This document shows, one piece after another, positions 11,153-21,324 of a stretch of DNA of 64,000 bases. Positions within the stretch are counted from its first letter, which is position 1. The number at the start of each line of letters is the position of its first letter. The notes under the pieces are model-generated. The model was not told where the DNA came from, did not search any database, and worked only from the letters and a program-made list of their open reading frames with translations. Position numbers and translations under genes: made by a program. The stretch spans positions 4,504 through 68,503 of the forward strand of contig CAVPJQ010000020.1 in the NCBI GenBank assembly GCA_963705495.1, written 5' to 3'. The stretch comes from an uncultured Gammaproteobacteria bacterium (GTDB taxonomy: Bacteria; Pseudomonadota; Gammaproteobacteria; Steroidobacterales; Steroidobacteraceae).

Positions 11153-11437
11153 AGGTTCTTCGTTCAGTGCGCGTCCGGAATGCCAATTAGAATTCTTTAG
11201 CACCCTCCAGGCAGCACAGGCTATTCGTACTATTCGCATCAGGCCGGCGGGCGCGGCAAGACGCGCCCAGCTCGATGCCACTGATCCCGCAGTGTATCAA
11301 GCATCATGACGCGAATTAATTGGACGTTCCGATCCGGCGTCGAGAATAATCACCAGCCGCACGAGACCCGGATGTTGTGCGCAGGCTGCTCAGGTCAACA
11401 CGCAAGCTATGTGTAAGTCAGCACTGGGGCGATCTCC

Positions 11438-12646
11438 GTGAATGTCTCCAACTTGCGCGGCATCGGTCAACTCGCGGTCGCAGCTGTGGTGGGAGTCACT
11501 GACATCGTGGAGGACATGCATCGCAGTATCGTGCGTGTGCCAACCGGCGCTGGCAAAACAGCCGTGCGTCCGGTGCACGCTATCTCCGGCCTGGTCTACC
11601 GAAGTATTCGCGGGGTAACGCGCGGGGTCGGCGTCGGCCTCGATTCGGTGTTGGTGCACGCCGCCCCGCTGCTCGCCGACGTTGCGGTCCCACCCTCCCT
11701 GCGACGTGAAGCCGTGATGGCCGCGCTCAATGGCATATTGGGCGACTATCTTGCTGCTACGAATAACCCACTGGCGATTGCCATGTGTTTGCGCGGGGGC
11801 GGACAACCTCTGGCATTGGAGCGCCGGGCGCTTGCATCCGCTTTCGCACGCACCGACCGAAAACTGCTCGTCCTGGCACATGGGTTGTGCATGACTGACA
11901 TGGAGCGGAACCGCAGGGGAGGCAATCACTGGTCTCCACTCGCGCGGGACCTCGGGTACACACCGATCTACTTGCAATACAACAGCGGCCGCCACATCTC
12001 CACAAACGGGCGGGAGTTTGCTGACGTGATGGAACGACTCCTTCGGGGGTGGCCTGCGCCCGTTGACGAGTTGGCTATCGTCGGCCACAGCATGGGTGGC
12101 TTGATCTCGCGCAGCGCCTGCCACTACGCGGGGCGTGCAGGCCATCGATGGCTACCGCTCCTGAAGAAGCTCATCTTTCTCGGTACCCCGCACCATGGGG
12201 CACCGCTCGAGCGGGTCGGCAACTGGGCGCAGGTTCTCTTGGGCCTCACCCCCTATACGGCTCCATTGGCGAGATTGGGCGAGATCCGGAGCGCGGGGGT
12301 CAAGGACCTCCGTTACGGCAACATCCTGGACGAGGATTGGGAAGGTCGGCGCGGCGATCATGCTCATGATCCGAGAAAGTCCGTGCCCCTTCCCGCCAAG
12401 GTGCAGTGTTTTGCAATTGCTGCGACCAAGGGGGCAAGGTCAGCCGGGTCGAGTAAGCGACTGTCCGGAGACGGACTGGTGCCTGTCAGGAGCGCGCTCG
12501 GCCATCACGAGAATCCTGCGCTGGCTCTTCTGATTCCAGAGTCTCGCCAATTCACAGCGTATGGATTGAATCACCTCGATCTGCGCACCAGCCGCGAGGT
12601 CCACGATCGAATCAGACTGTGGTTGTCTGAAACAAGGCCACACTAG
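11438..12646 (+). CDS. alpha/beta hydrolase (PGAP1/lipase-like)
   Basis: 402-aa intact ORF (GTG start) with nucleophile elbow GHSMGG and LGTPHHGAPLE downstream. Confidence 0.7.
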   Translation: MNVSNLRGIGQLAVAAVVGVTDIVEDMHRSIVRVPTGAGKTAVRPVHAISGLVYRSIRGVTRGVGVGLDSVLVHAAPLLADVAVPPSLRREAVMAALNGILGDYLAATNNPLAIAMCLRGGGQPLALERRALASAFARTDRKLLVLAHGLCMTDMERNRRGGNHWSPLARDLGYTPIYLQYNSGRHISTNGREFADVMERLLRGWPAPVDELAIVGHSMGGLISRSACHYAGRAGHRWLPLLKKLIFLGTPHHGAPLERVGNWAQVLLGLTPYTAPLARLGEIRSAGVKDLRYGNILDEDWEGRRGDHAHDPRKSVPLPAKVQCFAIAATKGARSAGSSKRLSGDGLVPVRSALGHHENPALALLIPESRQFTAYGLNHLDLRTSREVHDRIRLWLSETRPH

Positions 12647-12711
12647 CCACAGAGGAGCAACCAGCGACAATCCTGCAAAGCCGCTCCCGGGGAGCGGTTC
12701 CTCTGCACAGC

Positions 12712-14346
12712 CTAGCCCTTCCTCAGGTGTCTGGGCCAGATCCCGTAGCGGCCAGCCGAAAGGATGCCGTTCGGATCCACCGCATCCTTGACGGTTTCGT
12801 GAAAGCGCCGCAGCGCGTGATGGTTGAACGAATAAACGTTCATCACGTCGTCCTGGTAGATCACCGGCGTGCGGTACTCACCCCATCCGTGTTCGGCACT
12901 CACCTTCACCAGCTTGCGAAACGCCTCGCGATTGCGCTGGTTGAATTGGGCATCGCGAGTGACCGGGAAGAGAAAAAGAAACACGAAGCAGCGCTGCCAA
13001 TAGGTGAATGGCATCACCAGCGGATTCATCGGCAGGCCGTATTCGCGTGCGACTTCGCTGAACACCTTCTGCGCTTCGAAGATTGCTTCGCCCGTGCGGG
13101 GAATGATCGGCGAGAAGCCGACATGCCCATCGAGTCCAGGTCCGGCCTCGCTCCGTGCCAGGAGCGAGAAGATCGTGAGGCTAGGAATGCCAAACGCATT
13201 CTTCGATACTTTCTGGAGCTGCTCCGGCGTCAGAGGAATGCGGTAGTAGTCACCTTCGAGGAACTTCGCGCCCGCGATTGCGGCGAGTTTTTCCTTGGCG
13301 TAGTCCCATTGGGCGTGAATGATCTTGGTCGGTCCGTAGAATTGCAGCATTGCGCCCCAGAGTCCCTGGCCGACTTTTTGGGCGTGGGCCTCCAGCGCGC
13401 TCTTCGACGGGCCTCCGGGTGTGGCGAGCAGATCGAGAAGCTCATTGTCCGGCCGTGCGGCCACCTGGTCCGGCGGGCGCAAGCCTGAGTAGATGGGGCT
13501 GCCGAAATAGGGCATCCCGGTGACGATCTGGCAATTCTCCAGGTGCGTAACAATGTCCACGAGCGGGATGAGATCGTCGTACTTGTAGACGTGCACGAAG
13601 CCGTTGAGATAGGCCTCCGGTTCAGGCATCAACCAGAACCCCATCTTGGTGACGATGCCGAAGTTCGACTGCGAAAAGATGCCATCGATCGCCGGACCAA
13701 AGCCGGTCTTGAACTGCTGCCACGTCTTCGCGTTGGGTAATGCCCCCATGCCGGTGCGCACGACGTCGCCGTTGGCCAGGACGACTTCCATCCCGCAGTG
13801 CGCCTCGAAGTGGTTGCGGAAGGCTGCAGTCGTTACACCGCCGCCGCGATCGAGCGCGTTTCCAACCAGCGATCCCCAGCCCGGATCGGGGCAATCCATC
13901 CAGACTTTCAGGCCGCGCTCGGAGATGTAGCGATACAGATCGAAATACGACACGCCCGGCTCGACCAGTGCGTAGGCGTGGCGCTCGTTGACCTCGATGA
14001 CGCGGTCGAGGCGCTTCAGGTCCAGGATGACACTGCCTGAGAGCGCCGGCGCCGAGCCGCCGTATCCCAGATTGCGGCCGGTCGAAATGGTGTAGATCGG
14101 GATCCGGTATCGGTTCGCGGCTCTGACGACGGCTTGCACTTCCTCGACGGTGGATGGCGCAACCGCAGCTGAGGCGAGACGCTCCTCGGGCTCGCCCCAG
14201 ACCTGTGAGTACGCGTCACGATAGAGCGCGACATCCTCATCGCTCGTGAATACAAACGCCTTACCGACTGCGGCTTCGAATTCCTTGAGAGCAGCTGTGA
14301 AGTCAGTGTTGCTGACGCCCGGTGGAATCATCTTCGCCCCCTGCAT
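12712..14346 (-). CDS. FAD-binding oxidoreductase of the vanillyl-alcohol oxidase / p-cresol methylhydroxylase flavoprotein family
   Basis: 544-aa intact ORF. Strong resemblance to PchF/VAO (TISTGRNLGYGGSAP, GMEVVLANGDVVRTGMG, FGIVTKMGFWLMP, AVDPNGILSAGRYGI). An alternative start at 14331 has a better RBS. Confidence 0.85.
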   Translation of the reverse strand: MQGAKMIPPGVSNTDFTAALKEFEAAVGKAFVFTSDEDVALYRDAYSQVWGEPEERLASAAVAPSTVEEVQAVVRAANRYRIPIYTISTGRNLGYGGSAPALSGSVILDLKRLDRVIEVNERHAYALVEPGVSYFDLYRYISERGLKVWMDCPDPGWGSLVGNALDRGGGVTTAAFRNHFEAHCGMEVVLANGDVVRTGMGALPNAKTWQQFKTGFGPAIDGIFSQSNFGIVTKMGFWLMPEPEAYLNGFVHVYKYDDLIPLVDIVTHLENCQIVTGMPYFGSPIYSGLRPPDQVAARPDNELLDLLATPGGPSKSALEAHAQKVGQGLWGAMLQFYGPTKIIHAQWDYAKEKLAAIAGAKFLEGDYYRIPLTPEQLQKVSKNAFGIPSLTIFSLLARSEAGPGLDGHVGFSPIIPRTGEAIFEAQKVFSEVAREYGLPMNPLVMPFTYWQRCFVFLFLFPVTRDAQFNQRNREAFRKLVKVSAEHGWGEYRTPVIYQDDVMNVYSFNHHALRRFHETVKDAVDPNGILSAGRYGIWPRHLRKG

Positions 14347-14353
14347 GTCGTCG

Positions 14354-15133
14354 CTATTCTTGTTCGTTCAAAAACTCTGCTATCGCAGCGCGTGCCGCCG
14401 GGGATTCATCCAGCAACAGGTGCCCCGCCCGATTGATGATCCGGACGGTGGAGCCCGGAATGCGCGCCTGCCACTCCGGCGCGTTGCCGGCCGGCACCAT
14501 TCGATCCTCCCTTCCCCAGATCAGGAGCGTGGGCGCGCGCAGACGCGCAAGCCTGCGGGCGTCGAGTCCCTCGCTGAGCGCAATGCGTCCCGTCGTTTGA
14601 GCCTCGCGAGCGCGTGCCGCCAGGAACGCCGCGTCGGGGTCTTTCGGCCAAAAAGGCTGGACGATGTCGGGGTCGTGCACAAAGTATGAAGGCCACTCCT
14701 GGTACGCGATCCTTGAAAAGTCGGGCTGCGGGAATGCGGGTGCATAGATGCCGCCCGGGGCGACGAGCACGAGGCGCTGCACGCGATCCGGATGCAGGAG
14801 GGCGAATTCCGCTGCGAGGCGCCCGCCCAGAGATGCACCAGCCAGGTGAAACGACTTCAGACCCAGCGCATCGAACAGCGTCACGTAGTGTCTTACGAGA
14901 TCCTCGAGCGAGCCGATCGCTGGAGCATCTGCCGATTCGCCAAAGCCGGGGTGGTAGGGCAGCAGCACACGGAAGTGTGGGACCCAGTCCCGGGCGAACT
15001 CAAAACCATGGAAGGTGCCGCCGCCGTGGAAGTACACGAGGTCCGGTCCGGATCCCGCCGCGTACGCCACCGTACGGATGCCGGCGATGGTCAGCTCGAG
15101 TCGTTCGAAACCTGCTGTGCTGTAGGCCGTCAC
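14354..15133 (-). CDS. alpha/beta hydrolase (meta-cleavage-product hydrolase-like)
   Basis: 259-aa intact ORF (GTG start) with HGGGTFHG and nucleophile motif GASLGG. Confidence 0.75.
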   Translation of the reverse strand: MTAYSTAGFERLELTIAGIRTVAYAAGSGPDLVYFHGGGTFHGFEFARDWVPHFRVLLPYHPGFGESADAPAIGSLEDLVRHYVTLFDALGLKSFHLAGASLGGRLAAEFALLHPDRVQRLVLVAPGGIYAPAFPQPDFSRIAYQEWPSYFVHDPDIVQPFWPKDPDAAFLAARAREAQTTGRIALSEGLDARRLARLRAPTLLIWGREDRMVPAGNAPEWQARIPGSTVRIINRAGHLLLDESPAARAAIAEFLNEQE

Positions 15134-15148
15134 TCGGGGAGTCTACCT

Positions 15149-15229
15149 AAGAGGTGCCGGGTTTAAGTTATTTAGTTATCCACCCCGGTCGGAGCGGGAT
15201 AACTAAATAACTTAAACCCGGCACCTCTT
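15149..15229. repeat. perfect 33-bp inverted repeat (arms 15149-15181 and 15197-15229, 15-nt loop), AT-rich, intercistronic
   Basis: AAGAGGTGCCGGGTTTAAGTTATTTAGTTATCC / GGATAACTAAATAACTTAAACCCGGCACCTCTT read directly from the sequence. The right arm encodes the last six codons and the TAA stop of the monooxygenase gene. Confidence 0.9.
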
Positions 15230-16411
15230 CACGGGCATGGGCTGGCCTTCCACCAGCTTGCTGAGCGCCGTCGACAGCGAAAGACGCGCTGGATCCTCCG
15301 CTTGGCGCCGAAACTCCTCGAACTCCGCGCGTTGGCGGCCGAGATCCTTCTCCGACATGCGGCGCTTGAAGTCAGAGGCAATGGGGGAGCTGACCTCGAG
15401 AAAAACGCGACGCCGTTCGGTCGCATAGAAGTCGAGCACGCTTTCCGCTGCGCGCTCAGCGAGCACTGCGGCGAGGACATCGCTGAGCGCCGCTGCATCG
15501 ATGACCCCGCCGGTCAAACCCATTCCGCCGCAAGGATTGCAGGCATGGGCGGCATCGCCCGCGAGGAGCGTTCGGCCCACGCGGAACGTGGGCGCGCAAC
15601 GCTCGTGTACGCGATAGGGCGAATAGGCGACGATCCGGTAGGGCGCCGAAGGGTCGGGAAGGAGAACCGAGTACTTCTCCGCGATGCGTCGAGGGATATC
15701 GGTTTCCGGCAAGCTGGCGTCCTCTGAAAAGGTCACGCGCCAGAGATTCTCCCGGCCGAGGCGCGCCACCACCGCCCAGTTGGTCGGGTCCGCCACCATG
15801 TTCGCCGGTTCGAATCCATAGCGCTCGAAATCGTAGCTCACGTTGGTCGCCACAAACCGGTCCGGCCATGTGTGCCCTTCGAATGGCAGCGACAGGAGAC
15901 TGCGCACGGTGCTGCGTGCGCCGTCGGCGCCCACCACCCATTTCGCCCGGATGTCCTCGCGCCCCCGGGGCGTTTCGACGCTCAACGTGGCACCGGATGC
16001 GTCCTGGCTGAGTCCGACCAGACGCGTGTTCCAGCGCATCGCGGTACCAGGCAGTGCGCTGAAGTGCTGCAACACCAGTTGCGCCAACAGGTGCTGGCCG
16101 AAATGAGCGTTGTACGGGTAAGGGGAGTCGGGCGGGAATGTATCTGCGATACGAGCCACCTCGCCACTTGCCAGGAGGTGGAAGGCAAAGCTCTTGCTCA
16201 GATAGGCGATCGCGAGCGTGTCTTCCAACAACCCCAGTCGATCGAGGATCTTGAGGGTGGTCGGAAAATACACCGCTGCGCGTGGCGAATCGTTGATGCC
16301 CGGCTCGGCTTCGATCACCGTGACTGACCGGCCCGCCTGAGCCACGCCGAGCGCAGTCAGCAAGCCGACCGGTCCGGCTCCAACCACCACGACGTCACAG
16401 GTGTCGCTCAT
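15212..16411 (-). CDS. FAD-dependent aromatic-ring monooxygenase (PHBH-fold)
   Basis: 399-aa ORF. Dinucleotide-binding VVVVGAGPVGLLTALGVAQAG and the GDAAHACNPCGGMGLTGG motif. Confidence 0.85.
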   Translation of the reverse strand: MSDTCDVVVVGAGPVGLLTALGVAQAGRSVTVIEAEPGINDSPRAAVYFPTTLKILDRLGLLEDTLAIAYLSKSFAFHLLASGEVARIADTFPPDSPYPYNAHFGQHLLAQLVLQHFSALPGTAMRWNTRLVGLSQDASGATLSVETPRGREDIRAKWVVGADGARSTVRSLLSLPFEGHTWPDRFVATNVSYDFERYGFEPANMVADPTNWAVVARLGRENLWRVTFSEDASLPETDIPRRIAEKYSVLLPDPSAPYRIVAYSPYRVHERCAPTFRVGRTLLAGDAAHACNPCGGMGLTGGVIDAAALSDVLAAVLAERAAESVLDFYATERRRVFLEVSSPIASDFKRRMSEKDLGRQRAEFEEFRRQAEDPARLSLSTALSKLVEGQPMPVKRCRV

Positions 16412-16459
16412 GTCTGCCGGCTCACGGCAACCTCGGTTCGTGGGATCTGCAGCTCGACG

Positions 16460-16864
16460 TCAAACCTGGCCGTCCGGCGAATGCATGATCACCGGGCGCA
16501 CCTCGATGGGCATGTTCAGCGGCTTGCCGCCGGGGCCGGGCGCCGCCGAGGCACGAGCGGCGAGTTGCAACGCGCGCTCCGGGCTCTTCACGTCGATGAT
16601 CCAGTAGCCGGCCAGAAACTCTTTCGATTCCGCGAACGGGCCATCCGTAATCGCAGGCGTTCCGTCCTTGTTTGCGCGCACGATCTTTGCCTGGTCCGGT
16701 TCAGCCAGGCCGTTGGTGAGGACGAACTCTCCCGCATCGATGAGATCCTTGTTGAAACGGCGCAGAAAGTCCATGTGCGCCTTGACGTCCTCGGATGGCC
16801 ACAGGCCGATGTGAGACTTTTTCCATTCCGCCATCGGGAATTGCATGATCATCATGTACTTCAT
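16460..16864 (-). CDS. YCII-related domain protein
   Basis: Start taken at the internal ATG 16864, preceded by GAGGAA. MKYMMIMQF...DGPFAESKEFLAGYWIIDV is typical of the YCII/DGPF family. Confidence 0.7.
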   Translation of the reverse strand: MKYMMIMQFPMAEWKKSHIGLWPSEDVKAHMDFLRRFNKDLIDAGEFVLTNGLAEPDQAKIVRANKDGTPAITDGPFAESKEFLAGYWIIDVKSPERALQLAARASAAPGPGGKPLNMPIEVRPVIMHSPDGQV

Positions 16865-17085
16865 GGCCTGGTTCCTCGTCCTGTGGGCGCGCCCGAATCG
16901 GCGCTTTCGAACGTAGGTCGGAGCACGCAACGGGTTTTCGACATGCTGAATGGATTTCAGATTCGATTCACGTAGAGTACGCTTTCGTCAACGAGCATCG
17001 ACGCCAGTTCTGCGTCGTGTGGTCGAGCATCACCGGCACTGCACGCAAAGCTGTGGTGCCGCCGATCAGCAGTCAAGGAGATCAA

Positions 17086-18115
17086 ATGAGCGTACAGGCG
17101 CCCAGCGCTGAGCGGCAGATCTGGATATTCACCCAGATGCTGCGCATCCGCGCCTTTGAAGAACGCGTCAAGCGCACTTTTACCGAACACCCGGGCGTCA
17201 TCCGCGGTCACACGCATCTGGCTGACGGAGCCGAAGCATCGATCGTCGGCTCGCTCAGCCATTTCCGCAGCGGCGATGCAGCCCTCGCGACCTATCGCTG
17301 TCACGGTTACCCCCTCGTTCTCGGGCAGCGACCCGAACGCGATGATGGCCGAGATCTACGGTCGCGCGGATGGCCTCTGCAAGGGTCTCGGCGGGTCCAT
17401 GCACCTCACCGACGTGAAGCACGGCTTCCTGGGTACATCGGGCATTGTCGGCGCAGGCATTCCGCACGCGGCCGGCGCCGCCTGGGCCGCGCAGATCCGC
17501 AAGAAAGGCGAGGTCGTGTTCTGCTTCTTTGGCGACGGCGCATCGAAGCAGGGCGCTTTCTACGAGACGCTCAATATCGCCTCGCTGTGGAAGCTGCCAG
17601 CGATCTTCGTGATGGAGAACAACGGCTACAACGTCGTGACGACCACTGCGCAGGAGGATGCGAATGCGGCCAACGGCGAGCCACTTTCCGTCAAGGCAAA
17701 GGCCTTCTCGATGCCGGGCGTCACCGTCGATGGGACCGATCCGCTGGCGGTACATGCCACGGTCGGCGCGGCAGTCGAGCGGGCACGCACGGGCGCCGGC
17801 CCCACTCTGGTCGAATCGAAGGTCTACCGCCTTTCGGCCCACGGCAACATCATCGCCCCGCCCGGCGTGCCACTTCACTATCCAGAGCATGAGGCAATCA
17901 CGGTCTTCGGCAATCGCGCCGAGTACGAGGCGGCGCTGCGTGGCGATCCGGTGCCGCGCTTTCGCGGCACGTTGGTCCAGGGCGGCGTGCTGAGCGGTGC
18001 GAAGGCCGACGAGCTCGCAGCGCAGGCCGCGAAGGAAATGGACGCCGCCGTGACGTTCGGACTCAAGAGTCCCTTCCCCAAGCTCGAGTCCGCGCTCGAA
18101 AACATCTACGCATAG
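17086..18115 (+). pseudogene. thiamine-diphosphate-dependent 2-oxoacid (acetoin/pyruvate-type) dehydrogenase E1 alpha subunit, one frame interruption
   Basis: AAGGAG before ATG 17086. CHGYPLVLG then, in another frame, DPNAMMAEIYGR...GLGGSMH...FFGDGASKQGAFYETLNIASLWKLPAIFVMENNGY. There is an extra base in the GGG run at 17323-17325. Confidence 0.85.
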
Positions 18116-18128
18116 GCCGGAGCGACCC

Positions 18129-19098
18129 ATGGCACAGCTTCCATTCATCGCCGCGATCGATGCCGGCATCCACCAGGAGATGCGACGCGATCCGAAGGTC
18201 CTGTATTTCGGCCAGAACATGGCGACGACGGAGAATCACGAGTTCGTCGCTGCCTACGGGCACGACCGCGTACGCGTGACGCCCATCTCCGAGACTGCGG
18301 AGATCGGCATCGCGATCGGCGCGGCGATGGCGGGCCTGCGCCCGGTGGTCGAGCTCTACATGGCGGAGTTCATGCTCGTCGCCATGGACCAGGTGGTGAA
18401 CGAGGCACCGCGCTTCCGTTACATGTCCGGCGGACAGGTGAAGGTTCCCCTCGTGCTCAAGGCCGGGTTCGGCTTCGCCTGCGGCTGGGCAGGGCAGCAC
18501 ACGGGCTCGCTGACGGCACTGTTCATGGGCGTTCCTGGTCTCAAGGTCGTCGTGCCGTCCACGGCTGCCGATGCGAAGAGGCTTGATGGCGACGGCGATC
18601 CGTGATGACAACCCGGTCGTGTTCCTGCACCACTACCTGCTCACGCTCGAGCATGGCGAGGTGCCGGACGGTGAGTACCTGGTGCCGTTCGGCAAGGCCG
18701 AGGTCCGGCGCTCGGGCGGCGATGTCACGATCGTCGCCACCGGTTGGATGGTTCCGCGTTCTCTCGCCGCGGCCGAGAAACTGGCCAAGGAAGGTATCCA
18801 GGCTGAAGTGATCGACCCGCGCACTGTTGCGCCGCTGGACCTGGAGACGATTCTGAAGTCGGTCGCCAAGACGGGGCGGCTCGTGCTCGTCGATCAGGCG
18901 CCACGACATGCCACGGTCGCCGGCATCATTGCTGGCGATGTCGCTGAGCAGGGCTTCTCGTCGCTCAAGGCGCCGATCGTGCAGGTCACGGCTCGCGATG
19001 CGACGGTGCCTTACAGCGAGCCGCTCGAGGCGTACGTGATCCCCGACGAGGAAAGCATCATCGCTGGCGTTCGAAGCGTGCTCAAAGGTCGCCGATAA
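18129..19098 (+). pseudogene. 2-oxoacid dehydrogenase E1 beta subunit, one frame interruption
   Basis: MAQLPFIAAIDAGIHQEMRRDP...PSTAADAK then GLMATAIRDDNPVVFLHH...DPRTVAPLDLETI. There is a single extra base near 18579. Confidence 0.85.
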
Positions 19099-19124
19099 CG
19101 ATCTGGCGACGCGCGCGCCGGCCG

Positions 19125-20325
19125 CTAATCAAATCGCCAGTCGCGCCCCTCGAGAATCTCGACGAGACGCGCGAGAAACTGCGAGGCGAGGCGACCGTCG
19201 GCGACGCGATGATCCACCGTCAGCGTGAGCTCCGACTGTGGGCGCACCTCGATGTTTCCGATCCGCACCACGACGCAGTCTCGTTGCCGCCCGACCGCGA
19301 GAATCGCCGATTGCGGCGGGTTGATGATTGCAGTGAAGCGATCCGGGCCTCGTGCGCCGAGGTTCGAGAGGCTGATCGTTGCGCCGTCGAGCTCTTCGCG
19401 CTTCAGCCGACCCTTGAGGGCGCGCTCGACACAATCGGCGCGCCGGCGACCGAGCTCAATGAGTCCAAGCCGCTCGACGTCGTGAATCACGGGAACGAGC
19501 AAGCCGTTTTCCACGGCAACCACCAGGCCGATGTGAGCACCGTTGGCCTGCACGATGCGAGCAGTCGGGCGAGTCCGGATCTCCCAGGAAAGTCGCGTTC
19601 ATAGTCGGGAACTCGATGAGCGTTCGAGCGATCGCCTGTAGCAGAAAGTCGTTCATCGAGAGTTTGGCTGAGCTCGAAGACGGCGTCGCAGAGAGCTCGG
19701 CGCGTAGCGCCTGCAGTGCCGTCCAGTCGACCGAGCGCTCGACAATGAACTGCGGAATGGTCGCGTTACTCAGCGTCATGGCTCGCGCCAGCGCGCGGCG
19801 CATCGGCGCGAGTCCTTGGGGCGCCGATGCCGGCACGTGTGTGGCTCGTGCCGTCGCAGGTGATTCGATTGCCCGTCTCACGTCCTCGAGTTGAACACGT
19901 CCGCGCGGACCTGACCCCGCGATGCCGCCGAGATCGAGTCCGTGCTCGGCAGCAAGCTTGCGTGCGACCGGCGAACTCCGGATGCGATCGCCGGTGTCCG
20001 CTGCGAATGCAGGGGCGGAAGGCAACGCGGTTTCAAGTTCGGGCGTCCGCGCCTTTGGCGCCGTGGTCTGCGCTTGCTGTGGTGCGTCGGCTTCCACACG
20101 GGCGATTTGATCGCCGACGTTCGCTTCCTCGCCCACCTGCACCAGGATCTCGGCCAGGCGCCCACTCACGGTGGCCTCGATTTCGACAACCGACTTTTCC
20201 GTTTCAACTTCGACCAGCGGCTCGCCGAGCGTCACCGTGTCGCCCACGTTCTTGAGCCAGCGAGTGACCCGGACCGCCTCCATGACGAGGCCGACCTTCG
20301 GAATCTCCTGCGTAACCAGGGGCAC
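19125..20325 (-). pseudogene. dihydrolipoamide acyltransferase (E2) with one lipoyl domain, one frame interruption
   Basis: AGGAG plus GTG 20325. Lipoyl motif LVEVETEKSVVEIEA, E3-binding SSPVARKLAAEHGLDL, catalytic C-terminus TLTVDHRVADG. The frame change is near 19575. Confidence 0.85.
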
Positions 20326-20329
20326 CTCG

Positions 20330-21319
20330 TTACTCCTGCGCCTGTGCTTCGAGACCGAGCACGTGGCGCACGCCACGGACGATGTCGCTACTGCCGGGAA
20401 GCAGCGCGCGCTCGAGTTCTGGAGCAAAGGGAATGGGCGCGAAGGGACAGCCGACACGCACGACCGGAGCGTCGAGCTCGTCGAACAGCTCCGAGCCGAT
20501 GCGCGCCGCGATCTCGGCACCGACGCCACCGTTGCGCACGGCTTCGTGTGCGATCACGGCCCGGTGAGTCTTCGCGACCGATGCGGCGATCGTTGCCATG
20601 TCGAGCGGCACGAGAGTGCGCAGGTCGATGACCTCAGCAGAAACACCCGCGCGCGCCAGGGTCTCTGCGGCTGTCAGCGCATCTCGCACCATGGCCGAAT
20701 ACACGATCAAGGTCACATCGCTTCCAGCGCGCACAACCCGGGCCTTGCCGATCGGTGGCAGCTTTGCGTCGCTCGCCAGGGCTTCCTTCATTGTGTAGAG
20801 CCGCTTGTGCTCAATGAAAAGCACCGGTTCGCCGAGCCGAATCGAACTCTTGAGCAGGCCGTAGGCCTCGGCGGGCGAGGAGGGCGCCACGATCACCAGC
20901 CCTGGAACGTGGATGAACCAGGCCTCGAGGCTCTGCGAGTGCTGCGCTGCTGCGCCACCCGCAGCACCCGCCTGCGTACGCACTACGAGCGGAACGCTGA
21001 GCTGGCCGCCCGACATGTAGCGGTACTTGGCGGTTTGGTTCACGAGGCAATCCATGGCGAGGGTCGCAAAATCGATGAACATGATTTCGAGCACTGGCTT
21101 GAGACCGCACAGCGCGGCGCCGGTCGCGAGGCCCGTGATTGCCGCTTCGCTGATTGGCGTGTTGCGCACGCGCTTGGCACCGTGTTTCTGCGCGAGACCC
21201 TTGGTGACGCCGAAGGCTCCGCCCGCTGCGACGTCCTCGCCCAGCAAATGGACCGAGGCGTCGCGGGCGAGCTCCTCGTCGAGCGCGCGGCGAAGAATTT
21301 CGATGAAGGTGTGCTCCAT
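20330..21319 (-). CDS. 2-oxoacid dehydrogenase E1 beta subunit (second copy), intact
   Basis: MEHTFIEILRRALDEELARD...ISEAAITGLATGAALCGLKPV...VIDLRTLVPLD. It starts 5 nt after the TGA of the upstream alpha gene. Confidence 0.85.
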   Translation of the reverse strand: MEHTFIEILRRALDEELARDASVHLLGEDVAAGGAFGVTKGLAQKHGAKRVRNTPISEAAITGLATGAALCGLKPVLEIMFIDFATLAMDCLVNQTAKYRYMSGGQLSVPLVVRTQAGAAGGAAAQHSQSLEAWFIHVPGLVIVAPSSPAEAYGLLKSSIRLGEPVLFIEHKRLYTMKEALASDAKLPPIGKARVVRAGSDVTLIVYSAMVRDALTAAETLARAGVSAEVIDLRTLVPLDMATIAASVAKTHRAVIAHEAVRNGGVGAEIAARIGSELFDELDAPVVRVGCPFAPIPFAPELERALLPGSSDIVRGVRHVLGLEAQAQE

Positions 21320-21324
21320 GAAGC

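Noticed and set aside
15806-15820. tRNA T-loop-like word GGTTCGAATCC.
   Set aside because: The flanks cannot form a T-stem or acceptor stem, and the word lies inside the well-supported monooxygenase CDS.
19099-19124. Possible bidirectional terminator between the convergent E1 beta and E2 stops.
   Set aside because: There is only a weak 4-5 bp GC stem (GGCG...CGCC) and no T/A tracts.
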